DNA of 60,839 nt. It comes from Trichinella spiralis. Taxonomy: Eukaryota. The translations under genes and the position numbers were made by a program. Under the pieces are notes generated by a model. That model was not told the origin of the DNA. It did no database searches and worked only from the letters and a program-made list of their open reading frames with translations. Where the stretch lies: assembly GCF_000181795.1 (NCBI RefSeq), contig NW_003526943.1, positions 5,282,588 through 5,343,426 on the forward strand. The letters run 5' to 3'. Below are positions 1-13,400 of the stretch, piece after piece; position 1 is the first letter of the stretch, and every line of letters starts with the position of its first letter.

Positions 1-3000
1 GTTTAAACAGCGTATATTTTTAGTGGTCATTTGTATACTAGGCGTTTCAAATAAAAGCAAGCAAATATATATGTATCAGCACAAAAAGCCAAATGTCATG
101 ACAGATTTTTAAATGACAACATTCACAGTTAATTTACTTAAATTGTAACTTTATAGCAAAATTAAATGATCGTGACAGATAAGCTAGCAAGCACGCTTGA
201 TAGTGAAATGTATTTATCGAGTGCTTTCTCACTGAGGATGCAGTGTCAGTTGACTTTCTTATCAGTTACATAAAAAGAATTAAATTATTATAAAATTAGT
301 AAATTAATGTGTCAAATATGCAGTTGTAATTAGGTATAATCAAGAGAACAAATGTTGATATTACCTACAGAGTCATTACTGAGGTTAAATCTGTGAAACT
401 ATTATCTGCTTAACAAAGCTTACGGAACTACAATGCTGGATCAGTTTATAATAAGGAAATGATCCGTAGTAATGATTTTTTGTTCACACTGTCATAGCAT
501 TTGTCACTGTAAGTAGTGCAACATTTGCCGTTAGGTAAAGTGCTCTTTTTTCTGTACTGTAAACAACGTTGATTTTTTTCTTACATCATTCTTTAAACAT
601 TCACAACTGCGCTGAATTCCAAGAAATTAACAAAATAACACAACTTATAAAGCACATTAAAACAACAAATTTGAAAGCTTTTTTATTTTTAAATTTTGTT
701 TTGCATTAAAATGAATTAAAGTAAAAATATTTCTTTCTTTCTTTGCACCAAAGTTCAGAACTACAGAAAAAAAATCAAGTAACATCATACCGATTTGAAA
801 GTTGACCACCGAAAGGAAATCTGACAACTCATCTACATTCCTTCTGACTCAGGTGGGCGATGTTGTACCAAATGGAAAACGACTGACAACGTCAGCTTGA
901 TGCCAGACTATAATAATAAAGAAATAATTGTGTTGATGACCACTGGGAATAGGTCACAGTTTGCCTAACCATACGTAGAGTTGAGGTAATAAATAATATT
1001 ATTTTTGAAAAACTTAAAAAATATAAAAATATCAACAGAAAATATCCAACGCATGCTGAAAAATATATTTATTACAGAATAACAAAGTAAAAGATGCTGA
1101 GATGCTGTTGAATAGTAAAAAGTGCGTTTTTGCATTTCCTTAGTGCCTCCTAGTCAGCATTGCAATTATCTATAATTATTTCCGACTCTGATCGGTGTCT
1201 TTTATCTTTCATATGGTCAGGTCGCTCAAGGGACAGCTTCAGTCAGAAATCAATCTTACAAAGATCACAAGACTGCTGCAGTTGCAGCTGGAAAGTAACT
1301 AAAACTTAAAGGTACCCGATGAGTCGATTTTCCATTTTAAACGGACCTACCAATTAAGCGCTTTGTTGTTGACTCTGCAACCAGCTACTGCAGTACTAGT
1401 TATAAGAAAGGCAAACTGATGTGATACTGTTTAAAGGCTTGGTTGCTAAGCAGGGATGGACCATCAGCTATTTTAGATGTTTCCCTTTATCGACTCTTCA
1501 GCTCTAGTCTAGAATCCGGGAAGTGTCAGTAAATTGGAGAAACGGGTCGATTGTGCATTCGAGCACAAAGCTTCCATGTTTCCGGCCAGTAAACGCCGTT
1601 CATCCAACTATCGACTACTGTTCGACAAAGGCTTACTTCTCAAAGCAAACTGACCTACCTCACCAATTTGTGTTTTTGAAGAAAGTCGATCAAAATAAAA
1701 ATGCTGAAAGCTTAAGTTTATCAGTTCAAACTATATTTTTGTTTTTTTATCAATCAAAATTCTCCTATATGTTTACATGGAACTATGTGCAAACTGTAGG
1801 TAGCATCATGGAAAATCTGCAACTGAAATGCATGCAAATAGTGATAGTAAAGAAGATGTGAAACAAAAAAATTTCTTATTACATTTAACCAATTTATGTT
1901 TTTTTTTCAATTTATTTCTAATTCAAACTGGTAACTGCTCAAAACAGGTAATCAGAAAGTATGCTAACGCAGTAGAAGAAAACTGAAAATATGAATTTAA
2001 ATAAAAATGAAATTAAACACATTGAAAATTCATTCAGATCATAATAATTTAATTCATTAAAAATTATTATAACTATTGAATATATTATTCAGTGCTTTTG
2101 ATTCTCTGTATATATATATATATATATCCTGAACAATTATAAAGATCAGAAACAGACTAAAGTAAATGTTGATTTTGAAAAGATAAATAATAATATTAAA
2201 AGTTATATAATTTGAATTAATTCCCATTCAATACATTTATGTGATTTTTTTGTTCAATGACTTATGCTTTACCAGATAAGAAAATGACTGCATCTATAAA
2301 GGCATAATTTATTTTAAAATGTAATACTGTCATTTGTTTTACAAATCGATGTGATCAGAAAAATTGATCTGACATTTTTCCATGCCAATACAAGGTAATG
2401 TCTCTTGAAGTTGTCAGTAACTAAAATGTAGCATATCACATTGTGAAAGTGTGAACTAACCTCCAGGCCTATTCATTATGACTTAAATTGAGTTGGAAAA
2501 GGGTAAAAAACTTAATTTTTGCGCAGTATTTTTCTTTCCGCAATGGTATGAATAAAACTGTGATAAATGTTGTCTTTTTTTATTTTTATGCTAATCAATG
2601 CTTCTTGAATTTCTGATTTTTAAAACCTGCAATTGAATTGACTAATCATTTCAATTTTATATTGCATTAGACAATCTGTCCACTGCCACTATTAAAGGCA
2701 TGATCAATTATAATATATGTTATAAAAATATAATATGATCATTTATAAAATCTCATATAATCAATTATAAAAAAAAGCGTTAAAGATGAATTGCCTGTTA
2801 AACAACTGTTAACTGATAAGTTTTACATCAATAAAACAGATGTTCATCTGATCTAATCTAATCTTGAATTGTACAGAGCTATTTCATTATCAACGTAGCT
2901 TTCAAATGATATGAAATCTTATTTTTTACAGTAAATATTTTTCTTATCTGTCACGTAGCACAACTGAAGCGCATCTCCTACTACTGCTTAAAATCATAAT

Positions 3001-6000
3001 AAATAAAATGTAGATCAGATTTTGAGGTCACATGCAACAAGGGAATTAAAAATCACCTCAGACAATAGAAAAAATGTTGTTACAACATTAAAAATATTTT
3101 TCTGAGCGACATTATTATTTGCACGTGCTAAGAAAGACACTTGAAGCAAACTAAAGAGGAAAATTCTTAAGTGGCCATCTCCCCTGTGGGCTTAACTGGT
3201 GAGGTTAAGATCAAGTAACAATGATAATCTCGTTGAAGTAAATGAAACCACTATTAATAACAATTACATACAATAACAACAGCAACGATATTATGTATTA
3301 AATAGAGCTGAGCAATCTACTTTACCTTTTTTGAAGTACAGTAGTAGTGTAATGAAGCGAGAGAAAATGACGTGCTTGTGTTCTAGTCAAGAGCTTGTCA
3401 AGTGTATGTCACCTTGAAAGCTCTCAGTGATGTCAGTAAGAACGACAACGTGGCTAGAAACGGACAATAGGTAGCGTCTTGCAGAGAAGAGGCCGGGCGC
3501 TGAACAGGAACAGTTAATAATGACCTGAGGGAATCGACCTCGTAGTACTGCTGTTGGTCAGCAAGAGGGGCCGACCGTTGACTTTGTGTAAAAAAGCGAC
3601 TAACATGGAAAGCAAGAACCCCACGCCAATAGCAAACCAGGTCGGAACCGTCTCACCTGTCCCTGTAGGCCGAAAATCCGGCCACGCGACTGTTCCCATT
3701 GTATTCAATCATAAAAGCGGTGTCAGTTCATTCATACACTCTGTCAAGCATCCTCCGTCACTTTTGTCCTCCTCCTACACATGTTCCTCGACCGACTCGA
3801 ACAATTGGCTACGTCCGCCTTACAACGCATTCACATTGTCAATGACCGACTGCCACTCTCTCACAGTAAGCGATGGCCGTGGCACTTATTTACAAATATT
3901 TTGATTCCCTCGCTCAAGTACGTGATTATGGCCCTTTACTAAACACATCAACGAAAAGTGATAAATAACGTCAGTATCATAAATAATGCTTTTTTTAATT
4001 TTTACTCTGCTTTTAAAAATTTTCCCTTACTAGAACTCAAAAATATGTGGTATCTGAATAATTTATATTATAAAATGACAAAGTAAAACAAAATCTGCAA
4101 TAAGTGAAGCAGATTGCAAAATAAAAAAAAACAAAACTTTAAATGCTTCTTAATAACTTTTTCACAATGTAACTGTTTGTGATTCTTTTTTATAATTGTT
4201 TATGGCTGCACAAACAATATGATACGCTAAAACAAAGATGGCTCAAGTAAAACTTGTTCAGAAAAGAAGAAAATATTCAATTTGATAGACAGGATAGCTG
4301 TCTTTGAAAACTCAAGGCAATATTTAATAAGGAAACCTGTTTAATAAGTTTAATCACAACAAAAAAGATGAAATTTTAGAAAACAACACTTACATTGACA
4401 TCAAAACCACAGAATAATACAAACATCAACTACGAAAAAACGCAACTGTGTAGAGCTTCATTTTTTTTACATCAGTTACACATATATTATGCAACTGCGC
4501 ATATAATTCGCTGTTCCTGGCATTCATAGCATTTTAAAATTGTTACAAAAAGCAGAGCATAGTTTAACCATACTTATATTAATTGTTGAAAAAGATGTAT
4601 GGCGCAAACTTCTATAAAAATAATATAAAATGTATGTTCTAGTCTTTTTAGGAAGCTTTAACTGAGCTTTCTGTTTCAGTGAATAATTAATGCTTGATAT
4701 TATTAAATATTTAATTATGAGAAATTAAATTTTTATAATTTGTATAATTCGATTAGCAGTTGAATTTTTAAAGTAGGAAAGGATGAAGTTTTTCACTTAC
4801 TTGAACAAATTTTTAATGAAACTATAAAATAAATTTTTATAGTAAAAACTTAGGCTAAATTTTAAAAGTTTACTTTTTTGTGTGGTATACTTCTTTAATT
4901 AACCTTGACAGTAATTTGTGTAAAATTGTTTTCCTTTTTTTTATTTTGAAATTAAAATTATGTAATGAATTGCATAATTTTTAATAAGTGATGATGATTG
5001 AAATTTTGAAGCGTATGATTTTCAAAGTGTAATTACTGAAAGATATTCAAAACTTCCGCAACAGAAGCTCACGTACGAGTTGATCGAAGAATAATTTTGT
5101 CAGTTTTATCAGATGTTTATCCACTTATTCTATCCAAGCGACAATTATAATTGATATTTAGATAATGGATCAGGCGCAAATTGCAGCCTACCATGTCAGC
5201 CTGTTGTTGAACATATACCAACTACAGTAAAATTGAACTCGTGCTGAGAGCTGCTCATTGACATCAAGAAAAATTGGCCTTTCAATCTTGTCAATCAGGC
5301 AAAGGCAGGCAATTAGGGATTAAAGCGACGCGTGCCAATGATGGAAAGAGTTGGAATGGGAGTGATAACCACTACTGATAATGATTGAATCATTTCCGTT
5401 ACGTATTCAGATCACAGACATGATCTTTTGAAAATAAGATACACAATGGAGATTGTCTTAGCCGGACGTGCTCAGTTGGTGCGTTTGTTCGATAAGAATC
5501 TCAATAAGATCGAAAACTAACCAATCAGAGTAGGCACATTTTAATTGTCACAGTATGATTACATTGTGAAGAGCCACGCACAGATTACGGTAGAAATTAA
5601 CTAGGTGTTTTGAAATATGTTTTTATAGTTCGATGATCATCAGAAAATTTAGCATCCCATTAATAAAGTTAATGGCCATTTTTAAAACTGTTATATAATT
5701 CATATAATTAATCTATGAATAAAACTTATGATATTATAATGTGTTCTTTTTTAAAACCATTGAAATTGCAAGAATTTACTTTGATTCAATTATTATTTAA
5801 TGTCATGAAATATTACTATTTACTAAAATTTTACAGTCAATTAATTTTAAAACTTAAAATATTTGCAAACAAACTTCTGAACTGCTAAATCTCAGTTCCT
5901 TGCAATGAAATAATTAATATGTAGTAATTATTTATCATTTGAAATAAAGCGTGAACGCTGCATGCCTTGGTTATCATTATTATTAGCATATAAAAAGAAT

Positions 6001-7354
6001 ATTTTTAAAATCATACATACATATGTTTATACATGTATGCGTGTGTATACAGCAACAGCCTTATGCAATTGCTGCAAATATAAATTGTTATATTGCCATG
6101 CCGTTTTTTGATCCATTTTTTAAAAAATTAACAGCAAAACATATACATTTTCAAATTGAATTAGGCGACTAGTATTAAAATTTATTTACCGTGATTTATG
6201 TGCAGGTTTTTGCATATCAGTGTTAGTATTTCTTATAAATGAATCTTTTAATGTGGAAATTTCATTGTTGCTTTTCAGTTTGCATTGCTATACAAATTTT
6301 TAAAATCGTCTTTAAATTATATCATAGATTTGATAAGTTTTCAAAAAATAAATCATTACTTTAAATTTTTAATGCGTTAAAAAGTGCATAATGAGCAAAT
6401 CTGCTGATTTTAATGTGTAAGCTGCAAAATACTTGTAATGTGAAACTGCATGAAACTAAATAACTCAATTCATCATAAATTTCAAAATAATGATAATTAT
6501 CACAAATATGCATGCTTTAAAAAATGAAATGACTTTTTAAAAAGAAATATCTGACTAGTTAATAATTAATTTTGTGCATACTCTTCAGATTGACGCAATT
6601 TATTGAAATATTTTAATGAAAATCAATAAACTGTCCAATAAAATTATCCAAAAACTCATTATTAAATTATAATTAAAAAGATTTATTATTTTAACTTTAT
6701 GCAGCTGCAATGTTTGAAATTGAAAGCTCTGCTCTGGAGAGGCGTTATATAATGCAAAATATTTGCATTCACTTTTGACAGCATGAATTTGAAATATCAA
6801 AAAATAACACGTCATCAGAATAAAAAAATGAAAACCAGTTTTACTGAAGAATGAATCTTTACAAAAAAAATAATTTAAAATGTCCAGAAAATACTCTTTT
6901 ACAGTATTTAAAAAATATTTCTTTTTGAACGTAGTTTGAATAAGAAATATTGGCATTCTAGTTTGATCAAGATGTCACAAAAGGATTTATCGAATATGGC
7001 AAATTTATCAGATTAATGTAACTTGAGTATTTCTTGAATATACTCAAACAAATGTCTTAGTGCTAAAGTTAGTTAAAAAACAAAGTGAAATCATACCTGT
7101 CAAAGAAACATAAGTTGAGAATAAGCATAGAAAATTTCACTTTCAAAACTTATTTCTTTGTCCGTGTGATTAGTGCAAGTAAAATGTTGCTTTAAATGCA
7201 ACTGGAAAGATAGCAAGATGAGCAGATTTATAAATTTTAAATATCAAAAAAATATAATAAAATCGATGCAAAGAAGAATATTCAAATGATTTGAGCAAGT
7301 GAGTAAAAGTTGAAATAGTAGCACTTTGATTTTAAATAAAATATGCTTACCAAA

Positions 7355-7358
<4 letters not shown>

Positions 7359-7388
<30 letters not shown>

Positions 7389-7400
7389 TGTTGTTGTTGT
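7359..7400. repeat. Compound microsatellite (AGT)n(TGT)n
   Basis: Direct reading. Confidence 0.9.
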
Positions 7401-10400
7401 GAATATTGAAAAAAGTAAAAAATTGGACAAAGTTCACAGTTTGTCCATTTGAGCGCTTAATTCACTTGATGCTTTCCGTTAAGCTTGGTACTGCTGACGG
7501 TTAAGCAAGCGAAGAACAAGTAGCGTGCATTGGAGGCAATGGGACGATTGATGAACTAAAAGAGCAACGCCGACACAACGTTACCGGCTGGACAAAGCAG
7601 CTTTTGCAATCAATGACGTTTTGTCAGTCGTAACTCAAAACTGCAGAGCTTGCCTGCTATGGCAATTTTTGCTTTTGCCTGTCAAGTTTTTCTCACGCTT
7701 TGTATCGTTTGGGAAACGGGTTTGCTGCGCATCAAATGACCCACTTGGACTAGAGCTGACAACAACAACAGCCTCTGGTGAAATGAACTTAGTTGTGACA
7801 GTGACGACGCCCATGATACATAGATCGAATGGCATTCCTGTCCTTAAACTGGAGGTAGAGTTAGTTCATAAAAGCCGGAGGCTAGAGTGGCAACAGGCCG
7901 ACCCTATATGCATTAACAATTGTTCACAGACAATGTTCACTAGCTGACATAAAAATGCATCAAGGTAAACAAACCGGTCTCATTCACTACAATAGCAACT
8001 CAGTGGGTTGCTTTACAAAAGCTTGCAGTGTTTGTGTCGCGTATCATCAATATATTCCAATTCTGAAATGATTCATTTATTTGTGTGCTTTTCACTTTTT
8101 CAACTATCCAACATTCACGTAGTCACAGTTATACGTGCTTTGACACTTCTTCTCTTCTTCATCTGTTTTCCATTTCTTTATCACATTCGCATATTTTTTC
8201 TTCATCTCATACTGTTTTTGCTGCACTGTCGATGAATCCTTGAAATGAAATAAAACTTTGCAACATATGGTTATAACAAATATTTATCAAACATAGATGA
8301 CATGATAATAAATGATGAATAAATAATTTTTAAGTGAAAACTGTTACTACCAGAAGAAAAGATGCAACACTTTGGCAGTACATAGAAAATGACACTTTTA
8401 GGTTGCATTATGGAAAATTGACTAGACAACATGAAAAGTTAATAAATTATATCGAATAATTCATTTTGATTTATTTTGGTTTTTCTTCTTCACAATTATT
8501 TGCTTCAACTACCAAATTTGAATATTAAATAGTATAACAGTACTCACTTGTAAAGAGATGAGTGTATGTTAAATTCAAAATCAGAAGATAGTATGCACAA
8601 GACTTTCATAATTTATTTATATTTTTAAAATCTGATAAAAGTTGATTTCACTTGTATTCTAGGGCATTTAAAGTGAAACAAATCAAATCACAAAGTATAG
8701 CACAATCTTGAAAGATTTGTTGATGCGGTCATCACTGACATTATTTTTTGACTTTTTCAGTTTTACAATGTCAAATTTGAACAAAACAATTTTTTATGCA
8801 TTTTTAGTCAGATGATGTTAATTCAACATTTGTGCACATAATCAAGATTTTGAAATAATGATAATCAAAGAAATAATGATATTATAAAAAGCTACCTTAT
8901 ATAACTTTAAATTTATTAGGTTATAGCACATTCAAATTGAAAAAATGGGCAATTATATCTTATAAATCAAAGCTTTGCACTCATTAATATTTTCTGCAAA
9001 TAAAATTACATTAATGAATATGAATGCAAGTATTTTGCAAGCATTGTGCTGCTTAAACAAGTTCAACAAGCTTTTCATAAGTAGCAGTTAATAATTTTGT
9101 TTGAACATATAACAATAAGTGAAAATGAATAAATAACCTTTTCACTTGAAGCGGCAAAATCTGCTTTCCTCAAAAAACATTATCCTCAGCACTTAATTCA
9201 TCATTAAATTATATATTCAAGTTATGAAATGCTTTACTTTGAAATGTTGGAAAATTTATTTATAAGAAAACAGATGAACTGTTTAGTAGTACAGGTTGTT
9301 GTACAGCTGGAACGATCATATTATAAATGCATTACTTATAAGTATATTCTAAGTACTTTTAATAGCAGAACTGTTCTTTTTCTCTTGAAAATAATTGTAA
9401 ACTTTCATTTGAAGTCCATCAGAAACAAATTGTCATTATTTGAACAAAGCATAATTATTTAATGAAGTCACTATTAAAGCCTGAAAATTATTACAACACT
9501 GTATTTAAAATATCCTTATGCATTTTTTGCATGGATGTAAAATCTTTAAACTTTGCTTTCCATTCTGAATGTCGGATAATACTGAAGTTTCAAATAAATT
9601 TTTAAAAAGTCAAACTATTAGCTTTTATTTAAATTTCAGGAAGATTTGTTCCAGTTGTTCAATTATGTTCAAGTTGTATGTTACATTTTTGCAATAAACA
9701 TTTAAGAGCAACAAATTTTATATTAAAAATGAAATATCATAATCAGTATGCAAAATGAAATAAAATAAAAATTGTTGTTGATTAATTATTTTTTTACGAC
9801 ATCAGTTAATTGTTATTGTTCAATTTGAATTGCACTTTTATTGGCAGAAGAAGTGAATAACAGCAATCTTTGCAGGCTATTTTATTTCAAATCACTCTAA
9901 ATTGTCGTAAATTTCAAGAATACAACCTTGATTCAATTTTCAAGTACCGATTTGTGATTTATGGCATTTTGAGCATTGTCAGCTGCACGCGGTTTTGCCA
10001 CAGCAATACAGCGCAATGTAGCTGTGGCGGAAATGGTTTCACAAAAGTGTTCAGCTAATGCAGGTCATTTGAATACTTGCGTGAAACTTAATTGACTGCA
10101 GCGAAAAAAACTCATCAAAATTGAAAATACACCGAAGCTGATCAGGATGAACAAAGAACGACCGTTGCACTGATGAGATGATCTGAGAAACCCAGAATGA
10201 CCAGATCTACCCAAATCACAGCTAACAACTAGCAGGGATGATTCTTTTTTTTTGAAAAATATCAATATGAAGTACAAAACATGCTCCCATGGAAAAGAAA
10301 AGAAATGTGCATGAGCAAATTGATGGAAAATACAATGTACAACTGTACAACGAATGACAAAGCGTAAAATGGATTACTGTATCTAAATCTTATCAACAAA

Positions 10401-13400
10401 TTTTGCATTTGCGTTTTTTGCATTATTTTCTATTTAAATTTTTTACTCATATGAATAAATTATATTATATTCTTTATAAATAAAGAAAAAAATTCAAATA
10501 AAAATAAAGCCATCGTAAGATTAGACCTTTATCGTCAACTGATGAACAATTTAATTGTGGAAAATATGAAACATTTTTTGTGTTAACAATGTTCTACTGT
10601 ACATGTTCAACTTGCTGTTGTTTTCATAATTAATTATACATTTCTATTTGTCTGCAGTGAGCCAATTGGAACTATTGCTGGTTGAATAAATGAAAGAAAA
10701 GACAGAAAAATGAAAAGTTAAAAATAATCTTTACTAATATTGAAATGTCAATGGATAAAAGCGCATTTTAATGCTATCTATGATGCTACAAAAATTTGAA
10801 ATTGTTTATAAAAAGCATATAGTAGCTAGATATGAACTCACTAAAATCCACCGTTCACGCACTTTTAATTATATAAATTTAAGAAGAAAACTGAATGCTG
10901 AGAATCTTCTTTCACAATGTTTACATTCATTTGAATCATCATATAGTAGTAGATGAAAAAGCAAATTCATTATGCAGACGTAATTTGAAATATAAATTAA
11001 TTAACCATAAAAAACAACAATCTTAATTGATTGTACTTTGTAATATGTCAGTATATTTAAATAAAAAGCAAGGAAAAAACATTGCTTTTGTCAGATGTAA
11101 AAGTTGGGATGTGGTTTGAATTTTTTATTTAGAAAAACATATTTTAAATTAAATAAAATTACATTAAAAATGTTTAATCGAAATAAATACATGCAACCTG
11201 TTGAAGGTTTTAAGATAATATTCAGAGTGAAATGAATTCCAAAGAATGAATTTACATTTTTATCAAAGTTGAAAATTTAATAAATAGTCAATATCTGCCC
11301 TTAGCATACCTTGTGATTATGAAGAAAAGATTTGTGAAAAAAATATTGCATATTCTCCTGTTGAAAAATAGTACGGGATGAATAATAAGAGTCGACCAGA
11401 ACGGTGAGCATAAGGAGCGGCCAGCAGTTTGCAGCCATATTTTGCCGACTGAGCTAATTTTGATAGTTCACGTTGTCTACCTTTTATTGTATCGTTTTAG
11501 CGGTGCTGTTAATTATTGTAATCACTCTAATTTTGCATAATTTATCAAATTTCTCGCCGATGCTACCAAAATTGCTGATAATTTTCAACGTGCCGCGCCG
11601 ACAAATGGGAGAAAATTATTCCGCGTCCGTAAGGCATAATGCACCATAATGAGCACGAGTGGTAAAGTGGATGATTTGGAAATTGGGTCCCTTCCTGCAA
11701 ACGCCAATGCTAGCAATAATCGTTATGCTCCAATCGAGCTGGGGTCGCAATTTTTGCAATACAGACAAAAAGTTGTCCAGATTAAAAATAGATTTCATAT
11801 TATTCGCGAAAACCTGAATCGCTTCGCGCCAAGGCTCTGCCTCCCTGCATGAAAGTCAATTGCTCTTGTTCTAGCATGCTGCTGTTCATTTTTCCAGCTT
11901 AATTCATCATCAGTAAATTGATATTCATTAACAAAAAAATTCAAAAAAAAAGAAGATGATGATGTTGAACCATTCGTGGGCGTTTTTTATTCCAGTTTCA
12001 ATTATTAAATTAATCAATGAGTTGTGGGAATAAATTTAAAATAATTCTGAAATTCTGCTTATCAATATATATATATATATATTTCTGCATAATAATAATT
12101 ATTCGACAAATTGTTGTAGTCTTTGAACATGAAATGGCTTGGTTGGTAATCATTTCTTTTGCCCGTTACTTGTTCCAAACTTGCACGCGTGCAATTATGA
12201 ATAATGGATCATTCTCTTTGCAATTATTTAATCAATAGCAACGTAGACGTTAGCGACCAACGTGGAAAGCGCGAAACGTCATTCATTATTCAAATTACCC
12301 ACCTTGAACAATTGAACGGCATTCTAATTGTTGTCAAGATGATTAGTCAATTTTTATACTTGCCAACCAACGCTGAAAGCTTTAAAACATCAAAAAAAAA
12401 TTCAAAAAAATTATTCAGTTAAAAAATAAATATTATTTTAAAAATTGAAATGAAAACAAATTATTCTTTGCTTTCCAATGATGGGATAATTTTTCATGGC
12501 ATATTTTTGTTTTCAGAATAGATTTTTGACCATCAGACCAGGATCGACGCATATTCATTTTTTGACATAAAATTTCACAAGTGAAAATAAATGATGATAA
12601 TTCAAATAATTTTAAAAAATTATTCCCATTATTTTACATTTCATTTCACGGCAGTCAAGTTTGCAACTTTCAAATGAGCAGTTACGGTAAAATCTTACTG
12701 TATAAATTTTTTCAATAAAAAAATTTTTTTTCATCTCTAGTGAATTGAATATTATTAAAATAATTTTTTGTTTTTCATTTTATTATGAACGATTGTTAAA
12801 AAAATCTTCACTGATTGCACTTGAATTAATTTCATTTATACAAAAAACACAAGAGCATCTTATTCATTGATTTATGTCGACATGACACGAATTTTGTCAT
12901 GACAACAACCAATCTTTGTTGATTGACTAAAGTATGAAAAAAAATTTTTTTTGTTTCAAATTCTGCATTGCCTTGTAATTTCCTTTTTCAAAACAAAATT
13001 TATTCTTTTATATTTGTATCTTTCATCATTTTATTCATTGTAATTGATTGTCTATTTTTCATCTTTCAAATGATATTAATAATTTTTTAATGATTTATTC
13101 AGAAATAAATTTTATCACAAAAATGCTTTTCCTTTATACAAAACGAATAAAAACCATTGAAATTATGAACAATTGCTGTATGACAAATAAAAATCAGAAG
13201 CTAGAATTGAAACGGAATTTGTAAGATTTTATTCAATTAGGTTTTTTATAGTTTAGTGAAATCGGTTCGTTAAATTTCACGTAAAATAAATTTCATAACT
13301 AAATTGGTAAAAAATTCAGTTGCAGAGCTACATTGATCGCATGATTAATGTTCTCATAATTTTAATTTACGAAAGAATGAAATAGAAAAGTAATCCTTTT

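Noticed and set aside
1380..1660. Faint - strand resemblance to a Gypsy RNase H end (KIADGPS versus ADALS)
   Set aside because: Too degenerate to support by eye; needs a translated profile search.
3347..3980. Possible solo LTR (TG...CA, TATA-like box)
   Set aside because: No matching target-site duplication or terminal inverted repeat found.
5200..5600. GC-richer patch with a weak integrase zinc-finger-like phrase (QLGIKATRA)
   Set aside because: No intact His/Cys pattern or flanking motifs.
11649..11852. 67-aa ORF in a CpG-rich island
   Set aside because: No family similarity or splice context; short enough to occur by chance.
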